Source: an uncultured Clostridia bacterium
Lineage (GTDB): Bacteria; Bacillota; Clostridia; Christensenellales; UBA1242
NCBI GenBank assembly: GCA_944384475.1
Contig: CALWTN010000034.1
Span: forward strand, 1-40,132
Length of the DNA: 40,132 nucleotides
Direction: 5' to 3'
Numbering within the stretch: position 1 is the first letter of the stretch; each line of letters begins with the position of its first letter. Of this stretch, positions 1-9,300 are shown piece after piece. Below the pieces are notes generated by a model. It worked only from the letters and a program-made list of their open reading frames with translations, did no database searches and was not told the DNA's origin. Made by a program: the position numbers and the translations under genes.

Positions 1-1207
1 TTTCAAACCCCAAACCAGGATTAATTGTGATTAAAATTTCATCACCAACATTTGCAGTTTCTTTTGATAAATTGATACTGCCTTCTCCTGTAATTGATTG
101 TTGAATGTTGTAATTAATTAATTGATATACTGCATTAAATGTTGTGTTCGATGATATTTGATAAGGGAATGTAACTGATTCACCATTAACTTCCCAACCT
201 GTAATTAGATAGCCTTCTTTTGTATAATCAGGTTTTTCAATAACTTTATCTTCTTCTATTTGATATTCATCTAAAGTTTCATTATTTAAAATAAACTTTA
301 TATTAAACATCCCATTTTTATAAATTACAATGTCAAAAACTTTTGTAATAGAATTGTCTTCAAAGAAAACTTTTAAATAATAATGATTTTCACCTGCATT
401 TATTGTTATATTTGTTTTATCAAGCTTTGTTGATAAATTTTCATCGGCAAAGATTTCAAAAATACCTTCTTTATCATTTATCTTTACAATTTTAGTAAAA
501 TCTATATAGGTTGTATCAGCAGAAACATTAGTAAAATACATATCTTCAATTTTTTCAAAGTTCTCAATAGAAATTGAAGTACCCACAATTCTAATGGTGA
601 AATTTATATTTAAAGATTCGTAATTAGGCTTACTTATAATTGCTTCAATAATATAAGTACCCGGTTCAATTAAAGAATAACTGGCTTGATTTTCAATAAT
701 ACCCTCAATGTTATAAGAAACAGAAGCTCCTTCTGGTAAATTTGTGACAGGGAAAAACCATCCTTTAGTATTGAATTCTACAATTTGGTCAGAATAAACT
801 AAATTATCAATTTCACTTGGAGAAAATTCTGCCTCAACTATTGTTATGTAAAAAGCTTTAGAAAAATTTTCATAAGTTAGAGTAATTTGGTGATTTTCTC
901 CTACAATATTAAATTTCTCTTTATCCTCCTGTGAAATATATGTATCGTTGAGAGTTATTTCTTTTTCACTATCATCATCATAAAAAACATAAACTTTAGC
1001 ATTTAAATAATTTTCATTGTACCTAAATACATTTTGCTCTAGTTTTAAATCAGATATTTTAACTTCATCCTTAATTAATAAAAGTGGCAATGCTATTGCA
1101 ATTCCGATAAGTACAAGTAAAAGTAACAATAATATTAATAACAATGCTTTTTTCTTTTTATGTGATGATTTAGGTTGATCTTCGTTTATATATTCAACAT
1201 TTTCCAT
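1..1207 (-). CDS. Membrane-anchored surface protein with a Listeria/Bacteroides-type (InlB B-repeat, Flg_new-like) repeat; partial, 3' end lies outside the window
   Basis: Hand translation of the minus strand. ATG at 1207 is preceded by SD GGGAGGGAGA. I checked every in-frame triplet and the frame stays open for 402 codons to the window edge. N-terminus MENVEYINEDQPKSSHKKKKALLLILLLLLLVLIGIAIALPLLL is a charged stretch followed by a TM segment. KPDYTKEGYLITGWEVNGESVTFPYQISSNTTFNAVY fits the GY.F.GW repeat consensus. It is absent from the ORF track because it is open-ended. Confidence 0.75.
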   Translation of the reverse strand, partial: MENVEYINEDQPKSSHKKKKALLLILLLLLLVLIGIAIALPLLLIKDEVKISDLKLEQNVFRYNENYLNAKVYVFYDDDSEKEITLNDTYISQEDKEKFNIVGENHQITLTYENFSKAFYITIVEAEFSPSEIDNLVYSDQIVEFNTKGWFFPVTNLPEGASVSYNIEGIIENQASYSLIEPGTYIIEAIISKPNYESLNINFTIRIVGTSISIENFEKIEDMYFTNVSADTTYIDFTKIVKINDKEGIFEIFADENLSTKLDKTNITINAGENHYYLKVFFEDNSITKVFDIVIYKNGMFNIKFILNNETLDEYQIEEDKVIEKPDYTKEGYLITGWEVNGESVTFPYQISSNTTFNAVYQLINYNIQQSITGEGSINLSKETANVGDEILITINPGLGFE

Positions 1208-1249
1208 GAATCTCCCTCCCATAAAACTCTATATCTTTAGTATAACTAA

Positions 1250-1278
1250 ATCTTAAAAAATTTTCAAAAATTTGTCAA
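1250..1278 (-). promoter_or_regulatory. Candidate sigma-A promoter for the surface-protein gene
   Basis: On the minus strand: TTGACA (1273-1278), 17-nt spacer, TAAGAT (1250-1255), about 40 nt upstream of the ATG. Confidence 0.35.
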
Positions 1279-1344
1279 ACATTTTAATTAACATTAAATT
1301 TAGATAAAGGAAAAATTAATAAAAAAACGCATAATTTTTAGTAA

Positions 1345-1614
1345 TTAAACGTTTTTTTGCTTCTTTTTGTTTTTTGGCAAATTAACCTCGCAGTATCCCT
1401 GTTTAACTTGACACAACGGGCACTCGTCCCAAGCTTTTTTATCAAAACTCACATATCAGCATGCAGGGCAAATCCATTCGACCTCTTTAGCTTTTTTATA
1501 TAAATTTTTATTTTTCATTTGACTGTACAACTCTTTAAAAATTTTTGCATGTCTAATTTCGACATCTCTTATCATATGAAATACATTTGCAATTTCTTCA
1601 AATCCTTCTTCTAC
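1345..1614 (-). pseudogene. Rubrerythrin remnant: last ferritin-like helix plus the rubredoxin-like CxxC..CxxC domain, 5'-truncated, with an in-frame TGA
   Basis: Translation reads VEEGFEEIANVFHMIRDVEIRHAKIFKELYSQMKNKNLYKKAKEVEWICPAC*YVSFDKKAWDECPLCQVKQGYCEV. This aligns by eye to the rubrerythrin C-terminal third (EEGYEEIA..F......E..H...F ... W.C..CGY.......CP.C). There is no start codon or SD. The upstream approx 115 aa are missing; a terminator hairpin of the neighbouring gene sits there. The TGA at 1456-1458 falls on the conserved Gly of CxxCG. Confidence 0.7.
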
Positions 1615-1621
1615 GAGCAAC

Positions 1622-1648
1622 AAAAAAACACCGCTTGGTGTTTTTTTT
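1622..1648. terminator. Rho-independent terminator (bidirectional shape) after the bPH2-domain gene
   Basis: Stem ACACC / loop GCTT / stem GGTGT, flanked by an A-run on one side and a T-run on the other. Confidence 0.6.
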
Positions 1649-2303
1649 ATTTCTTTTTGTCTTCTGCTTGATATTTTGTTGAAAAGCCTTCGTTGATTTT
1701 TGGACGCAACTGGTTTGGATAGTGCACATCGCTTTTGATATCGTTGACAATTTTTTGAAGTTTGGTTGTGATGTTGTATGGATCGCTGATGTCCCAAAGC
1801 ACAACCGAACTGGACGGCGTGCGAATGTAAATATCCCCCACTTTAAACCATTTGTCGCTCAGCCCAACTTTAAGGTTCACACTTTGAATATCTACATAGT
1901 ATATGTTGCGCATGTCAATTCCAATCACGCCGCTGCGCACAATGATTCTGGTGTTTGTGAATACATACTCAATGTTTTTTTGCTGGATGGACGATGTAAC
2001 CATGCTCGCAATCCACATCCAAACAGGCGTCAAATGCAGCAGCAAGAAAAGGCAGATGATCAACGTGAAATACCAAGGCAACTGCCCAAAAATATTAAAA
2101 CCAAACATACAACCCAAAAACGCACCATCAAAAATAATCCAAATAAGCGCAAAAGGCATCATCCTAAAAACTTGCCCCCAAATATATGCCTTGCGATTTG
2201 GTTTGCCTCGCCACAAAATTTGTTCGTCCTTGGCAAGGGTGTCTTCAATCGTGGTTGCCTTCATGCCGTCATTTTTAAAATAATTTTCATCAAATTTTGC
2301 CAT
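1647..2303 (-). CDS. Membrane protein with a bacterial PH (bPH_2 / YdbS-YdbT-like, DUF304) domain
   Basis: 218-aa ORF. It has the ILWRGKP motif, then two hydrophobic helices (MMPFALIWIIFDGAFLGCMF and WYFTLIICLFLLLHLTPVWMW), then YVFTNTRIIVRSG and a beta-rich C-terminus, which is typical of bPH2 proteins. Confidence 0.7.
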   Translation of the reverse strand: MAKFDENYFKNDGMKATTIEDTLAKDEQILWRGKPNRKAYIWGQVFRMMPFALIWIIFDGAFLGCMFGFNIFGQLPWYFTLIICLFLLLHLTPVWMWIASMVTSSIQQKNIEYVFTNTRIIVRSGVIGIDMRNIYYVDIQSVNLKVGLSDKWFKVGDIYIRTPSSSVVLWDISDPYNITTKLQKIVNDIKSDVHYPNQLRPKINEGFSTKYQAEDKKK

Positions 2304-2333
2304 TTTTTTATTCCTTTTTATAATTTTATCACA

Positions 2334-2363
2334 TAAAAAAGAAAAACCAAATTATTTTGGTTT
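2334..2363 (-). terminator. Rho-independent terminator after the Def-like gene
   Basis: Minus strand: AAACCAAA / ATAA / TTTGGTTT followed by TTCTTTTTT. Confidence 0.6.
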
Positions 2364-2856
2364 ACCTTACAAAGGTATTTTTCTTTTTTAATTGACATTC
2401 AACTTGAGCTGTTGCACGCTCCTCTGGCAAAATTCCGTTCAAATTGTCAACCTCCTGCTGCACCAATCCAGACAGCTTGCCCGAAAGCCAAACTTTTTCT
2501 TGGCTGCCGTTTGCATCTTGATAAGACACCGCAATTTCATACGCTCGGTCAACCTTATACATCATCTTCGGTCTGCAAGCGTTATCCTCCCAATAGTCCA
2601 TCTCTTCTTTTTTTAAAACTATCTTAGGATTAAACATGCAAAAAATTTCCCCGCCTATATGCTTCGCAAGTGCAATTATTCTTACACTTTCTCCAATTTG
2701 ATTGGCAGAAAGCGAGCAGCATATTCTGCCTTCGCTCCAACAAGCACGCAAGGTGTCCGCCAAATCTTTTGCTATAATTAAGCAACGCTCATCGCTGCCA
2801 GCTTGAACGGTAGGTTTTTTTAGCATTTTATTTTCTTGAACAATTTCTCTAATCAT
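2362..2856 (-). CDS. Peptide-deformylase-fold protein with degenerate catalytic motifs (probably non-catalytic)
   Basis: 164 aa. The three Def motifs are recognisable at the expected spacing but altered. Motif 1 G.G.AA.Q reads SLSANQIG. Motif 2 EGC.S reads EDNACRP, with Cys kept. Motif 3 QHE.DH..G reads QQEVDNLNG, with both His lost. Confidence 0.6.
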   Translation of the reverse strand: MIREIVQENKMLKKPTVQAGSDERCLIIAKDLADTLRACWSEGRICCSLSANQIGESVRIIALAKHIGGEIFCMFNPKIVLKKEEMDYWEDNACRPKMMYKVDRAYEIAVSYQDANGSQEKVWLSGKLSGLVQQEVDNLNGILPEERATAQVECQLKKKNTFVR

Positions 2857-2890
2857 GCAGATATATTATGCTGCATTTTATTGATATATG

Positions 2891-2913
2891 AAAAAAAATC
2901 GGTTGCCCGATTT
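2891..2913 (-). terminator. Rho-independent terminator after the 160-aa membrane protein gene
   Basis: Minus strand directly after the stop: AAATCGG / GCAA / CCGATTT followed by TTTTT. Confidence 0.6.
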
Positions 2914-3396
2914 TTATTCTTCATCCTCAGCCTCTTGCTGCTCTTCCGCTTGATCCTCTGTCGATTTTTTAGCAGCTTTTTTTGCTTTCGCTTTCTCTTC
3001 GATTTCAACAATTTTATTTGCCCATTTGCCCACAACCGGTGCATCTTTTTTGAGGCAGATAAACACAAGCGCCACAATTTCCAAAACAAAAAGTATAATC
3101 AAAAGCAAAACTTGTATGAAAATGTATGCCATTTGTGCATCCACGCTGCCGCCAAGCGTTATTATGATATAGAATAAGAAATCAAAAAACAGTCTTACAA
3201 TCGCAACCGCACCTAAAATAATATATGGTTGCAGTGTTTTTGACGCAGCAGTTTTATCTTTAAACCCAAACATTGCGATCAAGAAAGGCACGATGCCCAT
3301 CAATATGCTGCAAAACGTCCCTATGGTTGGAATGGCAAAAAGCATCACGCAAACAAATGAAAACGCAATAAGGAATATAAGCCTTGATTTATTCAT
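2914..3396 (-). CDS. Small integral membrane protein (about 4 TM) with a Lys/Glu/Ala-rich C-terminal tail; function unknown
   Basis: 160-aa ORF with SD GAGGTGAAAT before the ATG. Four hydrophobic segments are followed by KAKAKKAAKKSTEDQAEEQQEAEDEE. Confidence 0.7.
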   Translation of the reverse strand: MNKSRLIFLIAFSFVCVMLFAIPTIGTFCSILMGIVPFLIAMFGFKDKTAASKTLQPYIILGAVAIVRLFFDFLFYIIITLGGSVDAQMAYIFIQVLLLIILFVLEIVALVFICLKKDAPVVGKWANKIVEIEEKAKAKKAAKKSTEDQAEEQQEAEDEE

Positions 3397-3414
3397 ATTT
3401 CACCTCACATATTT

Positions 3415-3443
3415 ATTATAGCAAAATTATTAAACGATGTCAA
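3415..3443 (-). promoter_or_regulatory. Consensus sigma-A promoter for the 160-aa membrane protein gene
   Basis: Minus strand: TTGACA (3438-3443), 17 nt, TATAAT (3415-3420). Confidence 0.6.
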
Positions 3444-3470
3444 ATATATATGCTTTTAAATGCGCATTTG

Positions 3471-4892
3471 TTAATTGCCCAAAATCTCGCTTCTATCTTG
3501 ATACGACCTATGCAAAAGTTTGTTGCCGTAAGTGTGCAAAAATTCGGAATACAACTGTTTGATTAACGGGTTTTCGTGGCACAATCTTACTTTTGAGGCT
3601 TTGTCGATGTTATAAATCGATTGGCTTCTGAGTTTTCTAATCTCCTCATAAGGCGTCACAAGGTTTTTAGGTTGACCTCCGCCGCCCAAGCACCCGCCAA
3701 GACACGCCATAACCTCTATAAAATGATATTTTTTGCCTTTATCAATATCGTTTAACAATTTTCGCACGTTGACAAGCCCAGAGACCACGGCAACTTTGAT
3801 TTTTTTCCTCCCTATCGCAACCGTGCTTTCAACAAATCCATCCAAACTTCGCACATTTTTAAACTCTATCCTTTCCAAATTTTTGCCAGTGATAAAATAA
3901 TGTGCCGTTCGGAGTGCTGCCTCCATCACTCCGCCCGAAGTCCCAAAAATCATGCCAGCGCCACTTCCAGCGCCAAAAATGCTGTCGAACTCACCCTCTT
4001 CAAGTGATGAAAAGTTGATTTTTTCCTCTCTCATCCAGTCAGCCAACTCTCGCACAGGCAACGCAAAATCATAATCAAAAAGTTGAGCCTCCGCTTTTTT
4101 AGCGGTGCAAGGAGTTATCGCAACCACAACAATTTTTTGACTGTCTATGTTCATTTTTTCCGCCCAATATGTTTTAATCATGCTTGTAAGCATAGCGATC
4201 GGGCTTTTGCATGTCGAAAGGAGGTGCAGTTTTTCAGGATAAAAGATTTCTGCAAACTTAACCCAAGCCGGGCAACAACTTGTAAACATTGGCAAGTTTT
4301 TTCTGCTTTCAAGCCTTTGCACAAGCTCATTCGCCTCTTCCATAATTGTTAAATCTGCGCCAAAATTGGTGTCAAAAACATAGTTTGCGCCCAGTTTTCT
4401 GAGTGCTGAAACCATTTTTCCAGTGCATATCTCGCCACGCTCTCCGCCAAACTCTTCTGCAAGCGCAACTCGTGCTGATGGAGCGGTTTGAAAAACAAAC
4501 ACTTTGTCTTGATTTTTCATCATGTTTTTTAGGATGTGATAGTCTTTTTTATAGCCTATCGCACCACTCGGGCAAGCGATACTGCACTGTCCGCAATCAA
4601 CGCAAACGGTTTTGCACTTGCATTTTTGTATGTCATAATGCCCATACACGCCCTGCTTAAACCTGCAAACCGATTTGCAGTTGCCACACTTGACACATTT
4701 GCTCTCATCACGAGCGATTGAAGGGTTGTCGTCATCGACTTCTATATAAACGGCCTCTTCTCTGAGCGCCTTTTCGGCTTTTTCAAAGAACTCTTTTTTT
4801 ACCCCACAAACAGGGCAAACCCAATCCTCTGGCAAGCTTTCAAAATCGCCCTCAAAAACATATCCGCAAACTTGACAAACATATTTCGCCAT
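3471..4892 (-). CDS. [FeFe]-hydrogenase catalytic subunit with an N-terminal rubredoxin domain and two [4Fe-4S] ferredoxin motifs
   Basis: Start is taken at [11 protein letters not shown] (ATG 4892, SD AAAGGTGG), giving 473 aa. Rubredoxin motifs are CQVCG and CPVCG. Ferredoxin motifs are [11 protein letters not shown] and [13 protein letters not shown]-cluster signatures are [16 protein letters not shown] and [16 protein letters not shown]. Confidence 0.9.
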   Translation of the reverse strand: MAKYVCQVCGYVFEGDFESLPEDWVCPVCGVKKEFFEKAEKALREEAVYIEVDDDNPSIARDESKCVKCGNCKSVCRFKQGVYGHYDIQKCKCKTVCVDCGQCSIACPSGAIGYKKDYHILKNMMKNQDKVFVFQTAPSARVALAEEFGGERGEICTGKMVSALRKLGANYVFDTNFGADLTIMEEANELVQRLESRKNLPMFTSCCPAWVKFAEIFYPEKLHLLSTCKSPIAMLTSMIKTYWAEKMNIDSQKIVVVAITPCTAKKAEAQLFDYDFALPVRELADWMREEKINFSSLEEGEFDSIFGAGSGAGMIFGTSGGVMEAALRTAHYFITGKNLERIEFKNVRSLDGFVESTVAIGRKKIKVAVVSGLVNVRKLLNDIDKGKKYHFIEVMACLGGCLGGGGQPKNLVTPYEEIRKLRSQSIYNIDKASKVRLCHENPLIKQLYSEFLHTYGNKLLHRSYQDRSEILGN

Positions 4893-4923
4893 AAAAAACC
4901 ACCTTTTACAGCAAAATTTTACA

Positions 4924-6003
4924 TTATTTATCGTTTTTTTCAAAATGTTTAGCAAAAAATTTTTGATTATAAACAACTGACGGATGTTTTGCGTTCAAAC
5001 TTTTTGAAACAAGATGATATTTATACGAATTTTCGTAATCTCCCTTTTTGTAATAGGCCAAACAAAGTTGCAAAGCTGGGATTATATCATGCATATCTTT
5101 TTCTATAAATGCCCCACTGTTGTAATTAGGTGGAGATGCAAGCGCCTGTTTATACCAAAATATAGCCTCATCAAGACAATTTTTTTGAAGAAATATCTCG
5201 CCTATCCTGCACATCGCCTCACTTCTCGGCGTGGAGAAAACAAAACTTTTTAGCAAACTTTCAAGCGCTTCGTCCGTTTTGCCCAACGCTTGATAACAAC
5301 TGGATAGATCTATGCATGCTTGAACCTTGTTCTCCACCCACCCATCAGGCCTCTTTAAAAATTTTTTTAGTTGGCATATTGCGCTTTTGTAAAATGCGTT
5401 AAACATCAATTCTCTTGCATAATAAAACTGTTGTCTCGGCGAAAAAATAACTTTATTTTTAATCATTTTCCTATAAATTTTCAAATTTCTGCCCGCAGGA
5501 GTAGGTTTAACCTTTTCATGATAGATGTTTATGTCCACATACTCCACTCTGCCACTCGGCACGATCACTTCGTGAATTGCATCCACCCACTTAAAATTTT
5601 TGCTCGCCAAAAACACTCTCTCACGAGCATATTTAAAAATTGGAGTCATGTCATGCTCGTGAGTAAGCACATATTGAAACATATATATGTCCGCAGGATC
5701 TTTTGTCTGTTTAAGTTTGTTTATTTTTTCTATGTCCTCTGGCAATATTACATCATCGGCATCAAGCCACATCACAAGATCACAAGACGCCTTTGAAAAA
5801 GAATAATTGCGCGCCGCCGAAAAATCAAAATTCCATTTAAAATCAAAAACTTTATCGGTGTAAGACAAAGCGATCTTTTTTGTGTCGTCTTTTGAGCCCG
5901 TGTCAACGATAACAATCTCTTCTGCAAACTGCCCGACACAATCAAGGCATCGTGCTAAAACTTGTTGCTCGTCTTTAACAATCATGCAAACTGATAGGTT
6001 CAT
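4924..6003 (-). CDS. Family-2 glycosyltransferase with a C-terminal TPR-like region
   Basis: 359 aa, with SD GGAGAG. Motifs are [31 protein letters not shown] and LDADDV (DxD), typical of the GT2 fold. The C-terminal half is helical-repeat-like ([36 protein letters not shown]). Confidence 0.8.
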   Translation of the reverse strand: MNLSVCMIVKDEQQVLARCLDCVGQFAEEIVIVDTGSKDDTKKIALSYTDKVFDFKWNFDFSAARNYSFSKASCDLVMWLDADDVILPEDIEKINKLKQTKDPADIYMFQYVLTHEHDMTPIFKYARERVFLASKNFKWVDAIHEVIVPSGRVEYVDINIYHEKVKPTPAGRNLKIYRKMIKNKVIFSPRQQFYYARELMFNAFYKSAICQLKKFLKRPDGWVENKVQACIDLSSCYQALGKTDEALESLLKSFVFSTPRSEAMCRIGEIFLQKNCLDEAIFWYKQALASPPNYNSGAFIEKDMHDIIPALQLCLAYYKKGDYENSYKYHLVSKSLNAKHPSVVYNQKFFAKHFEKNDK

Positions 6004-6293
6004 AATCTCTCCGAAAAATAAAAATCAAATATAATGTATTCAAATTAATCAAAGAGCGTTAATTAAAATTGCCTATAATTTTTTAATAATTATTAAATTT
6101 TTTATTATTTTTTTCAATTTTTTTAAAAAAAACATATTTTTTTATTAAAATAATCATTTATTTGCTTTTATTTTAGCCCGAAAAAATATTTTATTATGTT
6201 AATTATTAAAATACAAAGTAAATTGTAAATAAAAACATTATATAAATATAATATATATTAATACATAAATTATTTTGTTTTTGCAAAAAATTA

Positions 6294-6302
6294 TGGTAGA
6301 AT
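6294..6302 (+). promoter_or_regulatory. Candidate extended -10 promoter element for the giant gene
   Basis: TGGTAGAAT lies about 36 nt upstream of the ATG, inside a very AT-rich 330-nt divergent intergenic region. There is no good -35 element. Confidence 0.3.
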
Positions 6303-6337
6303 ATTTTTGTCAAAAAAAGACAAAAGAGGTAAAAAGC

Positions 6338-9300
6338 ATGAACAAAATAAAAAAGATTTTTAGTTGTTTGGTTTTAGGCACAGCCGCAACGGCCATGGGC
6401 GTTTGTGGCATGTTCCTCGGCGGGCAAACGCAAACTCTTTCCGCCTCAGTAACCGAAGAAGAGATTGTAAACTCTCTTCCAAACTTTTTCGACCAATCTT
6501 TGCTAAGCAAAAACTATTTCTTTGACAGTGAAGATTTGCACTTAAAGTTTAACTACAACATCGAAAGTGGAGACAATCGTTCTACCTTGCAGGCTGATGA
6601 ACCTGAATCAGGTGATGAAGAGCAACCTACCACAAAGCCTTACATCTTTAAGTTTTATCCAAACGCTGAAAACACCAACAACTATTATTTCTTTGACATT
6701 CAAAGCATAACTTTTTACATAAATGATACAAGGCTGAATATAGCCTCTGAAGACTTAAATAAATTAATCACAACCTCAACCGCTCAAACCAAAATGACAA
6801 ATGAGGATTTCTATCCAGAAATTTTAGATTTCAAAGTTGCCTACGACGCCGCAGCTCAATCGCCGAGCGTTAAGCATGCAACAGTAACTTCAAATACAAA
6901 TGATCAAGGCAATACAACCTTTTCATTAACGCCTGCCGTGCTGACGATCAACCAAACTGGCGTGCTGAGAATGGATGTTCAATACAATCTTTACAACACA
7001 ACGCTCATTCCCGGTTCGGGAGATGACTTCACCGAAAGCGCTGAGGTTTTGACTAATCAGCCTTTCTCTTACACCTGCTTCTTATTGCAAACAAGCGAGT
7101 ATTTTGAAAATGCCGAACAAGATTCACCAAGCCTTTCCTACGGCAACTTTACAAGGACGCCAAGCGAATCTTCTGCACATAGATACAATTATTTTTACAA
7201 TTATTCTTCACAGGCTTTGCCTTACATAACCTATGATGCAAACAAGGTTAGATTGACTGTAACAAAATATTTTAACAACGAAACTCAAAGTCAAACGCTC
7301 GTTTACAACCCAGAATCCAAAACCGTAAACGCACCTGACTTTGCCTCAGCAACAAAAGTGGACGCCGAGAACGACCAGATCACCCTTTATTTTAACGATG
7401 TTGGGCAATACAATTTCAGCTTTGATTTAATTTACACCACAAACCCAAGTGACGGCGTATACAATATCTACGATTTGGAAAAAACTGTGCCTGATCAAAA
7501 GGCATACCTCTTTGGCTCACAGCTTTTCTTCACTGACTACTCATCCAATCAATACAAAGAGTTTAAAATTATAGACCAAAACCAAAGCGTTTCTCATGGC
7601 GCTGATGTGACTTATCTTAAAGACCAGCCGCCATTGGGGGTTGATTTCAAAGACTCATTGCTAAATTACGAGCCGGTTTCAACCGATCAAACCCCGCTTA
7701 AGTTTACAAGCAACCTCACCCAACTAGCAAGCACTGGTGATGGCGCAAAAACAATCACCGTTTGGACATTGGGCAAGGATGAAGATGGCAACGACACATG
7801 GAACTCCACAAACATTAACGACATAACCGCAACCTTCAACACGTCTGGCACTTATTTTGTGGAACTTACTTACGACTTTGCTAGCTACACTGACAACACT
7901 GGTGCAATCAATTCAACCAACGACAATCAGCATTTCACTCAGTATTTTTACTTTAAAATAGATAAAACTGCGCCAACATTTACAATGGCATACCTTGACG
8001 AAGAAGACCAATCTTCTTGGAAAACATTGTATTCAAAAGAATATACAAATTCATCACAAGTGAAACTTAGCTATGCAGATTTTGAAAATCCTTTCCACTC
8101 TCCTGTTACTTTTGAATACGAAAAAATTGATTTCACTAACAACAATTTACTTACATCAGCAAGCATTTCTTTCAACGATAGCGGCGAATATTTCTTTGAA
8201 GATGAAGGAATTTACACCATCAAAGTTTACTACGGCAAACAAGGCACTGCCAACGACCCTAGCACCGCAATGTTCACCATCGATAGGCAAGACATACAAA
8301 ATCTTGCTGCCCATGCGGTTGAACAAGCCTCCAACAATCAATACAAAGTCAGCAGCCTAGTTTCCAACGCCACAAATCAATCGTTTGTGTTCTCTTGGAA
8401 AAACCAAAAGGACAGCGGAGCTAAGACATTTGGTAAGTATAAATATTACGCACTGGAATACAACGATTACTACACAGGCGCAACCAATTTGCATTCATTA
8501 ATCACCGCTCTTTTAAACAACGAAAACATGCTGGCAACTGATGCAAAACTAAACTTTTCGTCAACGTCAAACTCATGGATAGATTATGCCAACACAGAGC
8601 ATTTAATTAACGGCAACGGGCTTATCTCATCCACGTATGTGAGATCTGACGCAGGACTTTACATATTCCAAATTTATGATGAAGCTGGCAACAGCGCTGT
8701 GCAAATTCTGCTTTTAGACAACAGCAAACCATACTTTGTTTTGCTGACGGCTGACGGCTACTCGCTGATAACCTCCAACCACACTTTAACAACTGATGCA
8801 ACTTTGGTTTGGGGCGATTACAAAGGCATTCAAATCGACTTTGGCAACACAAACAACACTTTCAACGATGTCGTTTATCAAAACAAATATGACAAAGTCG
8901 ATGAGGATATTAAAGCAGCCTTGCAGCAATTTGCTTCCTCAATAAAAACTTATGCAAACATCGGCTATGGCAAAAACGGAAGTTACTATCGCAGTGAAAT
9001 CAACAGCCAATTCGCTTTTAAAGATAAATCTTCAGAAAACTACACTTTACAAACGGGCAATCAAAAGCAAATTCAGTTTTCTTATTCTGTGCATTACACA
9101 ACCGATGGGCAAGGCAAAACAACATTCTATTTTTCAACAACAACCGAAAACTACTACATAAACGTTGAAACTGGCGTTATACGTGAAGCTGAATCTGGAG
9201 CTTATATTGACGGATTGCCTTTGCAAGATGCTCAAGTTTACATGCTGAACGCTCAGGGCAAAAATCAATATTATTACGGCTTGCCAAATTCTCTCACTTT

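Noticed and set aside
1456-1458. In-frame TGA at a conserved glycine position suggested UGA-to-Gly (code 25) or UGA-to-Trp (code 4) recoding.
   Set aside because: recR (20182), pgk (23327), argS (18452, TGA followed directly by TAA) and dus (24543) all end at canonical full length on TGA. Reading through the recR TGA would add roughly 60 aa. The 2,939-codon giant ORF contains no in-frame TGA at all. The gene carrying this TGA is also 5'-truncated, so decay explains it.
1456-1797. 113-aa minus-strand ORF from the track treated as a real gene.
   Set aside because: Its N-terminal two-thirds overlap the 3' end and terminator of the bPH2 gene in another frame. Only the C-terminal 52 codons are rubrerythrin-like, so it is annotated as a pseudogene fragment instead.
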